Shown piece after piece: positions 52,001 through 64,000 of a DNA stretch of 64,000 bases (position 1 is the first letter of the stretch; every line of letters begins with the position of its first letter). This DNA is from Bugula neritina (lineage: Eukaryota > Animalia > Bryozoa). The translations under genes and the position numbers were made by a program. Location: contig OZ037765.1 in assembly GCA_964035545.1 (NCBI GenBank), positions 34,347,504 through 34,411,503 on the forward strand. The letters run 5' to 3'. The notes under the pieces were generated by a model. The model made no database searches. It worked only from the letters and a program-made list of their open reading frames with translations, and was not told where the DNA came from.

Positions 52001-53730
52001 GTAATAACTCCTTGTAAACATTGTTATTTAGTTATTACTTTGGCGATTAGACAACGTACTTATACGGTTATAATTATATAGCCTACGCTTTCTCAATTAT
52101 CGCTTTTATGCTTTCCGCTTCACTAATTCACGACATTTACAAAGGGCATCAAATAGCTATTATGCGAGTCAAATTTCAATTTCAGAAAGTGAGCAACCAC
52201 ATCAATATGATTTCAACGAGTTTAAGTTTGACTATAAAGGGGTACCCGGAAAAGCGTTATTAACCTAAACTCGGTACTTTTTTCAGCAGAGGTATAAACG
52301 CAACTTTAGACTAAAGCTGATAACTGCTGAAGTAGAGTAGGGCCAAGCGTGGCGTGACGTGCTAGAAAACCCGTTTAGGCTAAGAATGGGTTTTCATGCG
52401 TCTAACATGCTGAGGGAGAAGTCCGGCAAGCTTGTGCATGTTTGATCTAATTGGCTTATTATAAATTAGCGAGAACTTTTCTTTTATTTTAATTCAAAGT
52501 TTAGCTTTTAGCGAACTGAATTGAAACAGTTTCCTATATATCTAAAGTCGATGACGTAGAACAAATGTCTGAAGGCGAGCAGTAAAGTTTAAAGCTAACA
52601 TCATTAGCAAATAAATTTCTGCACTCGAAACTCACGCATTATGGCCCTCCGCTAGAGTCTTCATAGCATTTATTTAATACAAATTATACATGAGTGAAAT
52701 AAAGTACATAAGTGTGAAGAATTACATAACATGACAAATACTAAGCATGCAAGCTAACTTTCTAAGTGCTAATACCCAACTGTGTTCTGCTGATGCACTC
52801 TGCTAATGATCCTGTACCATTAGTTCCATCCCAAAGCATTAGCTCCATCCCAAGCATTAGCTTCATCCCAAAGCATTAACCACAGCTTCTGATGCAGCAA
52901 TGTATTAGGTATTAGCTGAGTGTATCGTAGATGATGCAACATTAGAGTAGCAGAGTTAGGGTAGAAGTTGTCTTTTCACCACAATATACCCACTTTCAGA
53001 GTTTTCTACATGTTTTTCTATTTGACATTATTTTTACTCATCATATTAAATAAATATAATATTATGAGATCTGTATTACAGAGAGAAGTGATTATGGCCA
53101 AAAAGGTATAGACAGATTTGATATCGGAGAATCACAGAAGGAAGGGGAGAGTATCTCTCCTCCACTTGCTAAAGTTCCTGGAGACAAAGATGCTGAGGCT
53201 ATGAATAGACTGAACTATGATGACCTGCTAGTAGTGAAATCTAGCATGGAGTGTAAGTAACACACATGTAATAGAGTATTAGGTTACACAGATGCTATAC
53301 ATACACTGATGTTATTTATAATTGTAGAATAATTCACATTACTGACTCTACTTGTAGCATTCATAGCAAAGGTTCACCCTGTGTATGGATCACTAATGAT
53401 TAGAGCTCTTGTATCTTCCATGTATAAACATGCCTGTCACCATGACCTCTACACTATATTCAAACAGGTGAGTATATTGTTACTATGTTAGAGGTGTTTG
53501 GAGGCGTGTCATAAATAGGTTATTTAGAATCATCTGGTACATAATAGTCAGATTTCACTGTTGAGTTGCTAAACATTCTTCAGGTACAGACTAAAGTGAG
53601 AAAACTGTGCTTAGATAAAAATCTAGAGAGTGGAGGACAGTTGGTCGTAGTCTGGGATACTCTCACTCATATGAGAAAACTTTACCTGTTTCCTAGGTTT
53701 AATGGCCACAAAAGAGAAGATGACTCTTAG
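43764..53730 (+). CDS. Myristoylated LRR-Roc-COR-caspase (Roco-caspase fusion), 1316 aa. join(43764-43800,44666-44894,45163-45306,45751-45894,46813-46956,47403-47546,48168-50170,50332-50424,50963-51153,51240-51410,51513-51735,53082-53252,53358-53467,53584-53730)
   Basis: All 13 introns are GT-AG, all phases are compatible, total 3951 nt with no internal stop, TAG at 53728-53730. Domain motifs are listed in the sub-features. Confidence 0.88.
45163..47546 (+). CDS. Four 144-nt two-LRR cassette exons (45163-45306, 45751-45894, 46813-46956, 47403-47546)
   Basis: Each reads [48 protein letters not shown], bounded by ACAG|C and AACAG|GTGTG, phase 2-2. Confidence 0.93.
45927..46000. repeat. (TA)n microsatellite in the intron between LRR cassettes 2 and 3
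   Basis: Direct. Confidence 0.95.
47690..47910. repeat. ~23-bp AT-rich intronic minisatellite (TATTATAATGTTATACTGAGATA)
   Basis: Direct, degenerate. Confidence 0.75.
48168..50170 (+). CDS. Large exon: last LRRs + Roc GTPase + COR (MFHAS1/LRRK-like Roco core)
   Basis: [22 protein letters not shown]-to-Roc hinge; P-loop GNTMAGKTS (48478-48504); DMGGQEVY (G3); FTHKD (Roco-type G4); COR motifs [27 protein letters not shown]; C-terminal CYCAHC cysteine cluster. Confidence 0.93.
51240..53730 (+). CDS. Caspase (peptidase C14A) domain, five exons
   Basis: [21 protein letters not shown] (His 51594), [13 protein letters not shown] (Cys 51726), then p10 [47 protein letters not shown]. Confidence 0.92.
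51859..52305. mobile_element. Kolobok-like MITE in a caspase intron
   Basis: TIR AGTTGCGTTTATACCT / AGGTATAAACGCAACT, flanked by TTAA / TTAG. Confidence 0.7.
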
Positions 53731-54401
53731 AGTAGATTATGGAGAGAATGACAATTTAGACATAATATATTCATATGTTCTGGTTATCTTAGCTCCATAG
53801 TTATGTATGTATACAAATATATTGTATGCAGTTCTTCTAGTTTAGATGTGTCATAGTAACACTACAGAGTAGTTTATTCATTACAATGTCATATGATAAA
53901 CAGGTATACAGTGTTATACTATTATTCTGTTTTACTTCTGTTTGCTAGTTTATATATTATAACCTGAGTGGTGTACGCTAGCAGTTCTCATGTTACTCTT
54001 ACAATAGACTAAGTTTTATCTTAACTAGCTGAACCGAGGACACCAGGCTATAGACTATTACACTGTTATTTGGTTTATTACAGCTTTTCTTAGTATCTGT
54101 CACTTTATAACCAGTTGACAACACACTGATTTAGAACAGTGTAATAATCATGACGATAGTTCACCTGCTTAAAATAAACGAAACCATATTTTCTTGGCTA
54201 ATTTATAGTTACACCAATTTTAGTATTATTTAGTTGACTAATGTTACATGAAAGACCATCGTTTAGCAGTTTAATCCTCTTATTTCTATTCAAGTTGCTT
54301 GTTTTTGAGGATCAGTCAAACTGGACTTGTACTTTATACCATTTATGCAGTTTTTATATCATAAGTGATTGTGTGATTTTATAAATATATTATAATATTA
54401 C

Positions 54402-55070
54402 TCTGTACACTATACTATATCTATTTTATACTCTATACAATATCTACTCTATACACTATACTATATCTACTCTATACACTATACTATATCTACTCTATAC
54501 ACTATACAATATCTACTCTATACACTATACTATATCTACTCTGTACACTATACTATATCTACTCTATAATACACTATACTATATCTACTCTATACACTAT
54601 ACTATATCTACTCTAAAATACACTATACTATATCTACTCTATACGCTATACTATATCTACTCTATACCCTATACTATATCTACTCTATAATACACTATAC
54701 TATATCTACTCTATACACTATACTATATCTACTCTAAAATACACTATACTATATCTACTCTATACGCTATACTATATCTACTCTATACCCTATACTATAT
54801 CTACTCTATAATACACTATACTATATCTACTCTATACACTATACTATATCTACTCTAAAATACACTATACTATATCTACTCTATACGCTATACTATATCT
54901 ACTCTATACCCTATACTATATCTACTCTATACACTATACTATATCTACTCTATACACTATACTATAACTACTCTATACACTATACTATATCTACTCTATA
55001 CCCTATACTATATCTACTCTATACCCTATACTATATCTACCCTATATACTATACTGTATTAACTCTATAC
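54402..55070. repeat. 23-bp minisatellite with a higher-order pattern of 23/25-bp variants
   Basis: Direct; same unit as 5247-5531. Confidence 0.93.
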
Positions 55071-57130
55071 TATATATCGAGGGCTACTGAAAGGGAATAT
55101 TTCATGGCGAGGGCCACATTGTAAAATTTAACTTGGGCTGGAGGCCACAGCATCTGCAATTCAAAATAACTTTATTACAAATGCCTGTGAGTCATTACAC
55201 AATGAAGTCCCAATAATTAGGTACTGCAAGCTTCATGTTTTTAGCATATATAAAAATGGGGCATTTAAAAGGCTGTTGTCCACTCGAATTCATATACCTG
55301 TGCAAATAGTTTTATCTGTTATGCCTTTGAAGGCCACATAAATGTAGGAGGGGGGAGGCACATCCAGGCCACCTGTTGGACAGCCCTGCTTTAGGCAACG
55401 AGCAATAAATATTTTAGGAGTTGTATTCCTTTAGAGTGAAAATTTCCTTTGCTTCGGATATGGTTTTCAACAAAAAATTAAAACATTTGAAAATATATAT
55501 AAAAATACGCTCTTATAAAAAACTTTTATAAATAAATTCGATTGTAAAAACTGAATTTGTTAATAATTGTAGTACGCGAACGACAGGATAAAACCATTAC
55601 ATGTGCAGTTCCGGCGTAAAAAGTCATGGCTACTACCAGTGAATCAACCGCAACTGCAATAAATGATACTTGGGCCATTGCTTCCTTTTCAAAGGCGAAT
55701 GAATTTTTGGGATTCTCTTCATTTGACACTAGCAATGTTATTTTGACAAATAGGCAGTCTATGTCAATATATAAGGTAACATATTTCATTTTCTGTAATG
55801 CTGATTTGAGGATTTTTTTATAAATATAATAAAATTAATATTGTACTAGTAGTAGTACAGTACTACTAGACACTAGTATGATTATAACTACAACCAGGAG
55901 TACTTTTAGTAGTATTAGTACTACTACTAGTACTAGTAGTACTAACAGTACTACTACTAGTACTAGTACTAAGCGCTAAAACAGTAACCAGTGCCCGGTC
56001 CAGAGGCAGCAGACGTTGTAGTACTACTACTACTAGTACTAGTGGTAGACTGGTAGGACCTGTACGTTGACACTGCAGTAAAAGTCATACTTATAACGTA
56101 GTTACACTTTGACTTTCGATTTTTTGCTTTTATTTCTAGTGTTCGTAGTACTAGTAAAACTTCTACTAAATCTAGTTTATTTCTAACAGTAACTGGTGTG
56201 AGTATATCTAAACTAAGATTAGTAAAAACACAAATTTAGTTAGTTACTGTAACACTAACTATTATTTAGAGTCTACTTCATGACTTGTATTTGTACGAAT
56301 AGTGATAATCACAGTATGAATAACTCAATAACTAATAACTTTAAGCGAAGCTAAGTTAAAGTGTTTTAGTAAAATTAAATAACAACTTACTCTTACTGAC
56401 TAAACACTCGGTCAAAGTCATTCACGGTCGCTAAAAGTGAATAGTGGTATAATAGTAAAGTCAATTCAGCGTAAGGCTAATGCAGCTCTTAGTGACTTAT
56501 TAATTATTATGAAAATCGATGTAAACACGCAATAATTTTTTCAACTTGAATTTGAATTGACTAATTCGTAATAACTATAAGTATTGGATTAAATCAGTTG
56601 ATACTCGCGTTTTAATTAAGCCTTTCGGTGAATGGCACTGAGTCCTAACACATATTTAAAGTAAATTTCAGTGATAACTATTGAGTATTGAAATGTGATG
56701 ACACACATTTACTAACTTAGCCTTTAATTACTTTAAAATTTATTTCATTCATACTCAGTCGTGAGTAATTAGCATAAATCAACCACTGTAGTTCAATTCT
56801 AAATCATACTCAATCACGATAGCCTTTATGTTTTTGCTAAACTAAATCTAAATGGCCTTAAAATTTATACCATGATGAGTTGTTTGTATCGCTTTTAAAA
56901 TGATCTTAGAATTTTGTTATTGAGTTGAGGAAATAAATTTAGTTATTTCAGAGTTTCACCGGCCTGAATGAGTATTCTCTGCAGTAGAGCCTCTTTCTCA
57001 TATAAATCACTGTGGAATAAATTATTACTGAAAGTAATGACTCTACATGTGTTTTTATGCTTCATTCATGTGAGTAGTTTTCAGTTTAGAATATTAATAA
57101 ATACTAGAGTTTGAGTTGTGATAAACTTAG

Positions 57131-58494
57131 GTGAGTGATCAGCAGACAGTATCAAGTTGTACTCTCAAATCAGAGAGCAGTTTCTGTCTGCCTGTGGTTT
57201 ATGATCACGGAGAAGAACATTATGTTGGTTTGGTTGAGAATCTTGGAAAGAAGAGACTTTGTGTCTGGACAAATGAACTTTCTAACTACAAGGACTGGAA
57301 GAAGAAACTGGTAAATTTCTCACTTTGAATATTTCAGTTGTTTTGTGATTTATAAGATAATATGTTTACAATAACACAATTTGTTGGTCATTTGGTGGAG
57401 TATATTTATAGAATAGATGAAGAATGATAACCTAATGATGGTTGGTTCATAATACAAGTGTAACTGTTGTAGTTATCAACTGAGGTGACTGAACTGGTAG
57501 AAGTAGAGAAGACAGAACCACTGGTGGTCACATCTAATAACTGTGTGTGCTGGTTGTCTCATGTGGAGGACACTTCACTGTCTCTCCATCTGCTGCCTCC
57601 AGATCTGAGAGATGCTGACGTGGAGATTAGTGAGTTTAAAAGTTACAGATGGAGTAATAGAACTGAGATTGTCTACATTGTGACTGTTGATGTGAGTATC
57701 ACAATGTGTCAGTAAGGTGTCACAATGTGTCAGTATGGTGTCACAATGTGTCAGTATGATGTCACAATGTGTCAGTATGGTGTCACAATGTGTTAGTATG
57801 GTCTCACAATGTGTCAGTATGGTGTCACAATGCGTCAGTAAGGTGTCATGGTGTGTCTGTAAGATGTCACACTTAACCAGTAGAGTGTCAATATATACTG
57901 TGTCTCTGTATGACGTCACCTTTACAATAACCAGTTTATCTGAAATACTCTATACAGGTGGTAAGGATGAGATACTATACTCTACCGGTACATCTGAAGA
58001 AGTTATTTCCTCTCTCAACTCACAGTTTTCTACTCAGTGTGTCTCTCTTCACCTACTAGACTCTGACCAGCTTCTCATTGCAACATCTCACAGCTCTACG
58101 AATACAGGCTAGTATAGTTTACCTTTTCTGAAGATGATTGTTCTAGTAAAGTAGTTCTACTGTAACTGTATGCCTCCTTTACTTGAATATGAGTAGATGT
58201 AAGCCAATCAGTGTAGCTGCTCTCATAGCACCTGTTTAGAGGTGTCACAGCTCAAGTATGGTGACATGTGCTGGTCTTGTAGGTGTTTTACTTATATTCA
58301 GTATCATGTTCAGAACTACGAGGGTTCTAAAGAGTCTGGACAGTGAGCTCTACGGTGATAAACCTGTGACTCTTCTACCTCCATACATACTGACCCACAC
58401 GGAGAGCTCATTGCAGGCTCACTCATATAAGTACAGCAAGTTGACACTAAGGAGCATGATGGGCAGTTTGAGACTGTCTGCTGATTCTGAGTTC
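57131..58494 (+). pseudogene. NOL11: Second partial NOL11-like copy; one internal exon deleted
   Basis: Exons 57131-57310 and 57473-57691 are open (LSTEVTEL); the GRHLVYKL exon is missing (junction ~57890); no C-terminal exons found. Confidence 0.7.
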
Positions 58495-58789
58495 GTGAGT
58501 TACCAGGTTATTCAGTGAGTCACCAGGTTATTCAGTGAGTTACCAGGTTACTCAGTGAGTTACCAGGTTATTCAGTGAGTCACCAGGTCATTCAGTGAGT
58601 TACCAGGTTATTCAGTGAGTTACCAGGTTATTCAGTGAGTTACCAGGTTATTCAGTGAGTTACCAGGTTATTCAGTGAGTTACCAGGTTACTCAGTGAGT
58701 TAGCAGGTTATTATTCAGTGAGTTACCAGGTTATTCAGTGAGTTACCAGGTTATTCAGTGAGTTACCAGGTTATTCAGTGAGTTACCAG
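58495..58789. repeat. 20-bp minisatellite, about 15 copies
   Basis: Same unit as 9390-9893. Confidence 0.93.
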
Positions 58790-61494
58790 AAAAGGTATGA
58801 ATTCACTCTAACAGATGGAGTTATTCCCCCATGTCTCAATATGTATTACATGTGTCCACCTTCCCATTTCCTGATATATTCTACACAGTTCTCCCCGGTT
58901 TCTTAATACCAGCTGGTTAAACTCTTTTCTACAGGCTGGTTAGGAGTTAGCAGTTACTAGATGATAGTGTGTTGCTAGGTGATGCTGTGTTGCTAGGTGA
59001 CAGTGTGTTGCTAGGTGATAGTGTGTTGCTAGGTGACACTGTGTTGCTAGGTGATAGTGTGTATCTAGGTGACAGTGTGTTGCTAGGTGAGGCCGTGTAG
59101 TAACTAACTGTACTATTGAAGGAGAGATATCTTGGAGTATTTTTTATGTTTGACTCACTGTTACAAGTTCATAGGACTTGCTTGATATCATGTGCAAGTC
59201 CTTTGAAGTTGACTTCTGAGTTGACAGAACAGTAAACCACCAGCTCAGTCACATGACTACAATCCACTCAGTAGTAATCTGTACTAGAATATATTCTATC
59301 ATTACATCTCAATACTTACATCTACTGTTTAATACACCAACACTAACAACAGGCATTACATGTATTTAGTTATTTGTATTATGTAATTAGTGAGTGACAG
59401 TGACATTACAACTATCCAACTGTTTAGTACACCAACACTAACAACAGGCATTACATGTATAATTTAGTTATTTGTATTATGTAATTAGTGAGTGACAGTG
59501 ACATTGCAATTATTCAACAGTTTAGTACACTTGCACTTGAGAGTTGCCATTTTGTAATTATCTAAGTTTTCTTTGCTGTAAGTTAAACATGGAGATTTGT
59601 TAGAATTCACATTTTTATTAAAATACTTCAAGATAACTTGACCTTGTCACCACTCTAATACTTATAAAACTGAAGCAATCTTTATGCTGTAATATATGAA
59701 TAGAGACATTCAATCTATTTGATTACCTCCTATTACACATCTATACTACTTTACTCACATCCTTCTCTTCTCACAGGATTATAAACAATGAAGAATTACT
59801 AACCACTGCCATTATTAGTTATTTGTTACATTTTCAAGGTTAACCAGAGGGTAAAGCAGTGCAATGAATAAACTGCATCTAAGTTCAAAGCTGGAAATGA
59901 CAGTTTTATATCTTATATATTTTCTTTTTTATCATTCTATAGGGATAACTATCTTACTAATCATTGATTTACATTTATTCTAATTGACAAAAATCACCTA
60001 CTTGAAATAAATAATATATGAAATATTGAAAGATGCTCACTAAACTAGATTGAATAGTATTGGGGTGCCAACATGCAAGAATAGTGTTTCCTGTTTGGGT
60101 ATCAGTGAGCTTCATATATACTGCAAATTGTGAAAGAAGCAGGTGCTGTTACTCTACTATAAAGAGACTGCTCTTCACAGTGATATGTCAATTACATAAC
60201 TTTTAGTCTTGAAGAAATGCTCCCTCTGTATCTTATGGTTCAAGAGAAGAGTTTGGACTCTGTATTGTGGCTGATTATATTACATGTGTGCATAGGATCA
60301 AAATGGCTAAATTTACTATCAGTGAGTTAGTTCTGGAATATTACTACTTCATGAGTCTAGACTTCAGGACCTCAGCCTATATTTTAACCCTTAGATGCTA
60401 ATAATTACTTGCATATTGGAACCAGTAATATGGTGGCTTACTTATAAAGGTGAGCATTAAATAGATCCATGGAAAGACAGAGATTGGTGTGTCCCACAAG
60501 GCTAGTTTTGCATGTTGGCATCTCATTACAGATAATACTATTAGTACTTTGCTTTTATTAGTCTATAATTATCATTTTAATATATACATTGATCCACCCA
60601 AACTTTATTTGGAGAAATTAGCATTTAAATCAGCAAAAATAGTCCTTCAAATAGCTATAATAGATGAGAGGTTAGTTTGTAGGCAACACAGCTACTGTTT
60701 GAGTTACTCATAAAGCTAATGTAGAGGAATTCATGATAATATGTCTTCATAAAGATGCAAAGGTAATACATATTATGTTGTCTCTGTATCTCATCTTACC
60801 CTTGGACTTTGCTTATTGACTAAGCTGTGTAGTTTATCAGTGAATGTAAATATGGGTGGATCATAAACACTGATAAGGTAGCTATGATATAATATTATAT
60901 ACCTGTATAACACAGTCTTCATTACTATTTGTAGAGTTAACAAGACTGTGACACACACTGCAGTCATAACTACCACAAAGTACAACTTGATTCAAGTAAC
61001 AGTTATACCTCAAGTATATACTAAAAGGTATGTGTTTATATATCACCATATGAGAGGTGGAGAGGAAAACTGGTGACCTTTCTCAGAACTAGGTCAAGGT
61101 ACATATGCAGATGGTGAAGAGTATCTCAACTCACCTGATGACTTCATTTTTTGGTTATGAATGTGTGTGTTGTAGTTGCTAGAAAATAGTGATATTTTGC
61201 TTCAAGTTTAAGAGAGAGAACTGAGCTTGTAATGGTAGTAAGATGAATATATTTAGATTACTAATATAAAACAACAAGCTATACACTAGTTTCCTAGTAC
61301 TGAGTCTACTATAGCCAGGTGTAGTGTGGGCGCTTGTGAGGGGGTGGGGGAGAACGGAGGGAGGCACAACAATCCAAATTTTGAACTTTTTGCTCTCATT
61401 CGTCTGTTTTTCAAGTTACTAGTTCAATAATCTCTAGTCTAAATGCTACACCAGTTGTTTATTATAGATATCAGTTTTTGTTTCTATCTCTTTC

Positions 61495-62045
61495 ACAACC
61501 TCCAGAATAAAAAAATTATCATGACAGAAAAAACGGCCCATTGTGCCCCAGTATGGGGTGCAATGGGCCACTGGGTGGGACACAAAAAATATATTGGAAC
61601 TTTGCAGATTTGAGCAAACAAACTAATAACAGTGATCAGGGTGCAATGGTTCGGTGGCCCGTTGTGCCCCGGGTGGCCAAGTTGAAAATAAATGTGGCTC
61701 AAAGAAGATTTATTTTAGAATTTGCTATATTAGACTAGTTAAACAATGTGGAGACAAGCAATGCCAACAATATCAGTAAAAGCTAGACTTGTTACCTTTG
61801 AGTGTACAAAGTTATAACAGAGCTTTAATGATGTCTTAAAAACGAACAAAAAGTAGGTAAAAGCAGTTTTTGACTCGCCTCTTCAACATGTATGCTCCGC
61901 AAGTGTTGAAACTACAATGGCTGAATAATTATGTCATTACCTTTTTATTAAAAGAAAATCACAACTCTAAGTCAATAATTTCTCTCACAATTTGATCGGC
62001 TTTTTGTACCCCTATGACCGTTGTGCCCCCCCACTCCGTTACCCC
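61495..62045. mobile_element. DNA-transposon relic with repeated CCRTTGTGCCCC subterminal motifs
   Basis: Motif at ~61538, ~61659 and ~62018; the segment is absent from the paralogous position near 16370. Confidence 0.4.
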
Positions 62046-62478
62046 TAAGATAGTTGCTTGACTGGTGTATAGACATGGCTCCTGGGGTAGAGGGTTTACA
62101 TGGGAGGGGGGGGGGGTAGCATCTACGTGTCACGGCCATTACACTTTGACTTGTGTTAATTAACAGTTATGGGTAAAGTTATGCTGACAATGGACACATC
62201 TACAAAGTTGATTAACTTCAAAATAAAGAGATTTTAACCATTATTTGGTGTTATAAAATCTCTCAGTACATCATCTTACAGGTGTTACTTGATTTTACAT
62301 CCTTTCTAGAGTATATTATATGATATAACTATATGGCTGGTACATGGTATCAGTAGAGATATGTTACAGAGATGTCAAAAGCTAGCTTTAGTTTCTAGTA
62401 TTCTACCATGTATATAGTTGTTACAGATGAGAATGAAGACTATTGAATACAACTAGAGCTGTAACCTGCGACTACAGG

Positions 62479-63839
62479 ATGGGTCAACGTAAATCTCTAC
62501 TTCGACCCAGACCTCCACCTCAAACTCCACCTAGACCTCCACCTACACCTCCAGCTCCACTTCCATTTCGACCTCCACTTAGTAAATCTCTACCTCAAGC
62601 TACGCCTCCACTTTCTGGTCAGTCTGTGTCAAGTTAGTAAATTATATAAATACAAGTACTTCAACTGCTAACTACAGAAATTTCATACTTTTTTTTATGT
62701 GTTATGACATTAAGGTGCAGTAGTGGAGAAGTTGAGGTAGCCTAAGTTCTTTATTGTTCTTAATAAATTATACGTTGAGGTGCAGGTTTATATTCTCACC
62801 AGAACATAACTTGTCTCTTACATTTCTTCACTACAGTTTCATTACTTTGCACCTAGCTCTGTGTTGACCATATCTGAGTATTATATTGCTTTTGTTTATT
62901 ATGTGATGTTATATACCTGCTTATATTATATACTATAACTATTATACTATAACAGTATAACTATTATACTATAACTATTATACTATAACTATTATACTAT
63001 AACTATTATATTATAACTATTATACTATAACTATTATACTATAACTATTATACTGACTTATATCATATTATATTATATTACATTATATTATATTATATTA
63101 TATTATATTTTATTATATTATATTATATTATATTATAGTGGTGGTCACCTTTCACTGCCGTGTGGCCGGATCAAATCATATTATATTATAGTATAGTATG
63201 TTGTTTTATTATACTGACTTATATTATATTATATAACAAATATTATGCTGACCTATACTATAAAGTGTTATTATTATTTTATGTTATATTGTAGCTATTA
63301 TACTAACCTACATCATGTTATGTTACAATAATTATAGTAACCTTAGTTAACTGTTATATAACATGCACATTTTACTTACCTATATTACATTATATTACAT
63401 TATATTAAATTATTATATATTATTATACTATAAAATATACTGTACAGAGGTATAAACAACATGGCTACCCTTTCAACTGTCAGAATATATCACAGGATGC
63501 ATTTTGAAGTTATAAAATATCCAAGTTTACTTCAATACTGTTTATAGTGTTGAGACACTCTGTTATTTGATATCAAAGTTATTATTTATAAAATGGTGAA
63601 TATTTTGTAGAGAAGTACAAGGTGTGGTTCAACACATCCAGTATAGATGGAGCTGGTTATGGGTGGATGAAGAATGATACTACATCCTACACTATAGAAG
63701 ATATCAATGATATAAGTAGACATCATACAGTGACTCATGTTATACTGGAGAATGACATTCCTCCAAATATCAACAAACTGTTTCCTCATCTCACACATCT
63801 GAGGGTATATGGAGTATACAGCAATGCTGACTGGACCAG
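62479..63839 (+). CDS. 5' part of a further paralog (exon 1 62479-62632 with proline-rich insert, exon 2 63611-63839); continues beyond the window
   Basis: MGQRKSLLRPRPPP...GQSVS-KKYKVWFNTSS...DWT; same splice sites and phases as the intact copy; the following intron matches 44895 onward up to the window end. Confidence 0.85.
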
Positions 63840-64000
63840 GTATTATGTTGTTATAATTTATAACTATATTCATAAGTGAGATATTATCTTGTAGTAGAAT
63901 GTGGAGTAATCTCCCTTCACAATAACACTAGCTTTAGTAACAACTTTTGTATTATTTACCTTATTTATTGTATTTCTATTTATGTTTCAATTTAAAGCAA

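Larger units (their letters stand above)
55086..60765 (+). repeat. Segmental duplication, paralogous to 5532-12348
   Basis: Colinear similarity; offset about 49.5 kb at the left end. Confidence 0.92.

Overview
AT-rich, intron-containing animal (invertebrate-like) DNA; the species cannot be determined from the sequence alone. The window is a tandem, partly scrambled array of one gene family. One copy can be spliced by hand into an intact 14-coding-exon ORF (43764-53730, +, 1316 aa). Its architecture is N-myristoylation motif (MGQRKS), LRR cap, four 144-nt two-LRR cassette exons, Roc GTPase, COR, acidic linker, caspase (p20+p10, His/Cys dyad intact, S1 pocket remodelled). This is a Roco protein whose output domain is a caspase rather than a kinase, with no death-fold prodomain. 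The LRR cassettes are phase 2-2 symmetric and nearly identical except at ligand-face codons, which suggests a diversifying innate-immune receptor/executioner system. Other family members are an LRR-only truncated copy (2601-5069), an orphan first exon (16653) and a copy with a proline-rich N-terminal insert that runs off the window end (62479-64000). The spacer between copies carries duplicated, broken NOL11 fragments and many minisatellites. A 23-kb insertion with an 8-bp target-site duplication (19805-42879) carries a nested R4/Dong-type retrotransposon and decayed spliced cargo exons. All exon structures, translations and family assignments were made by eye; no database search was run.
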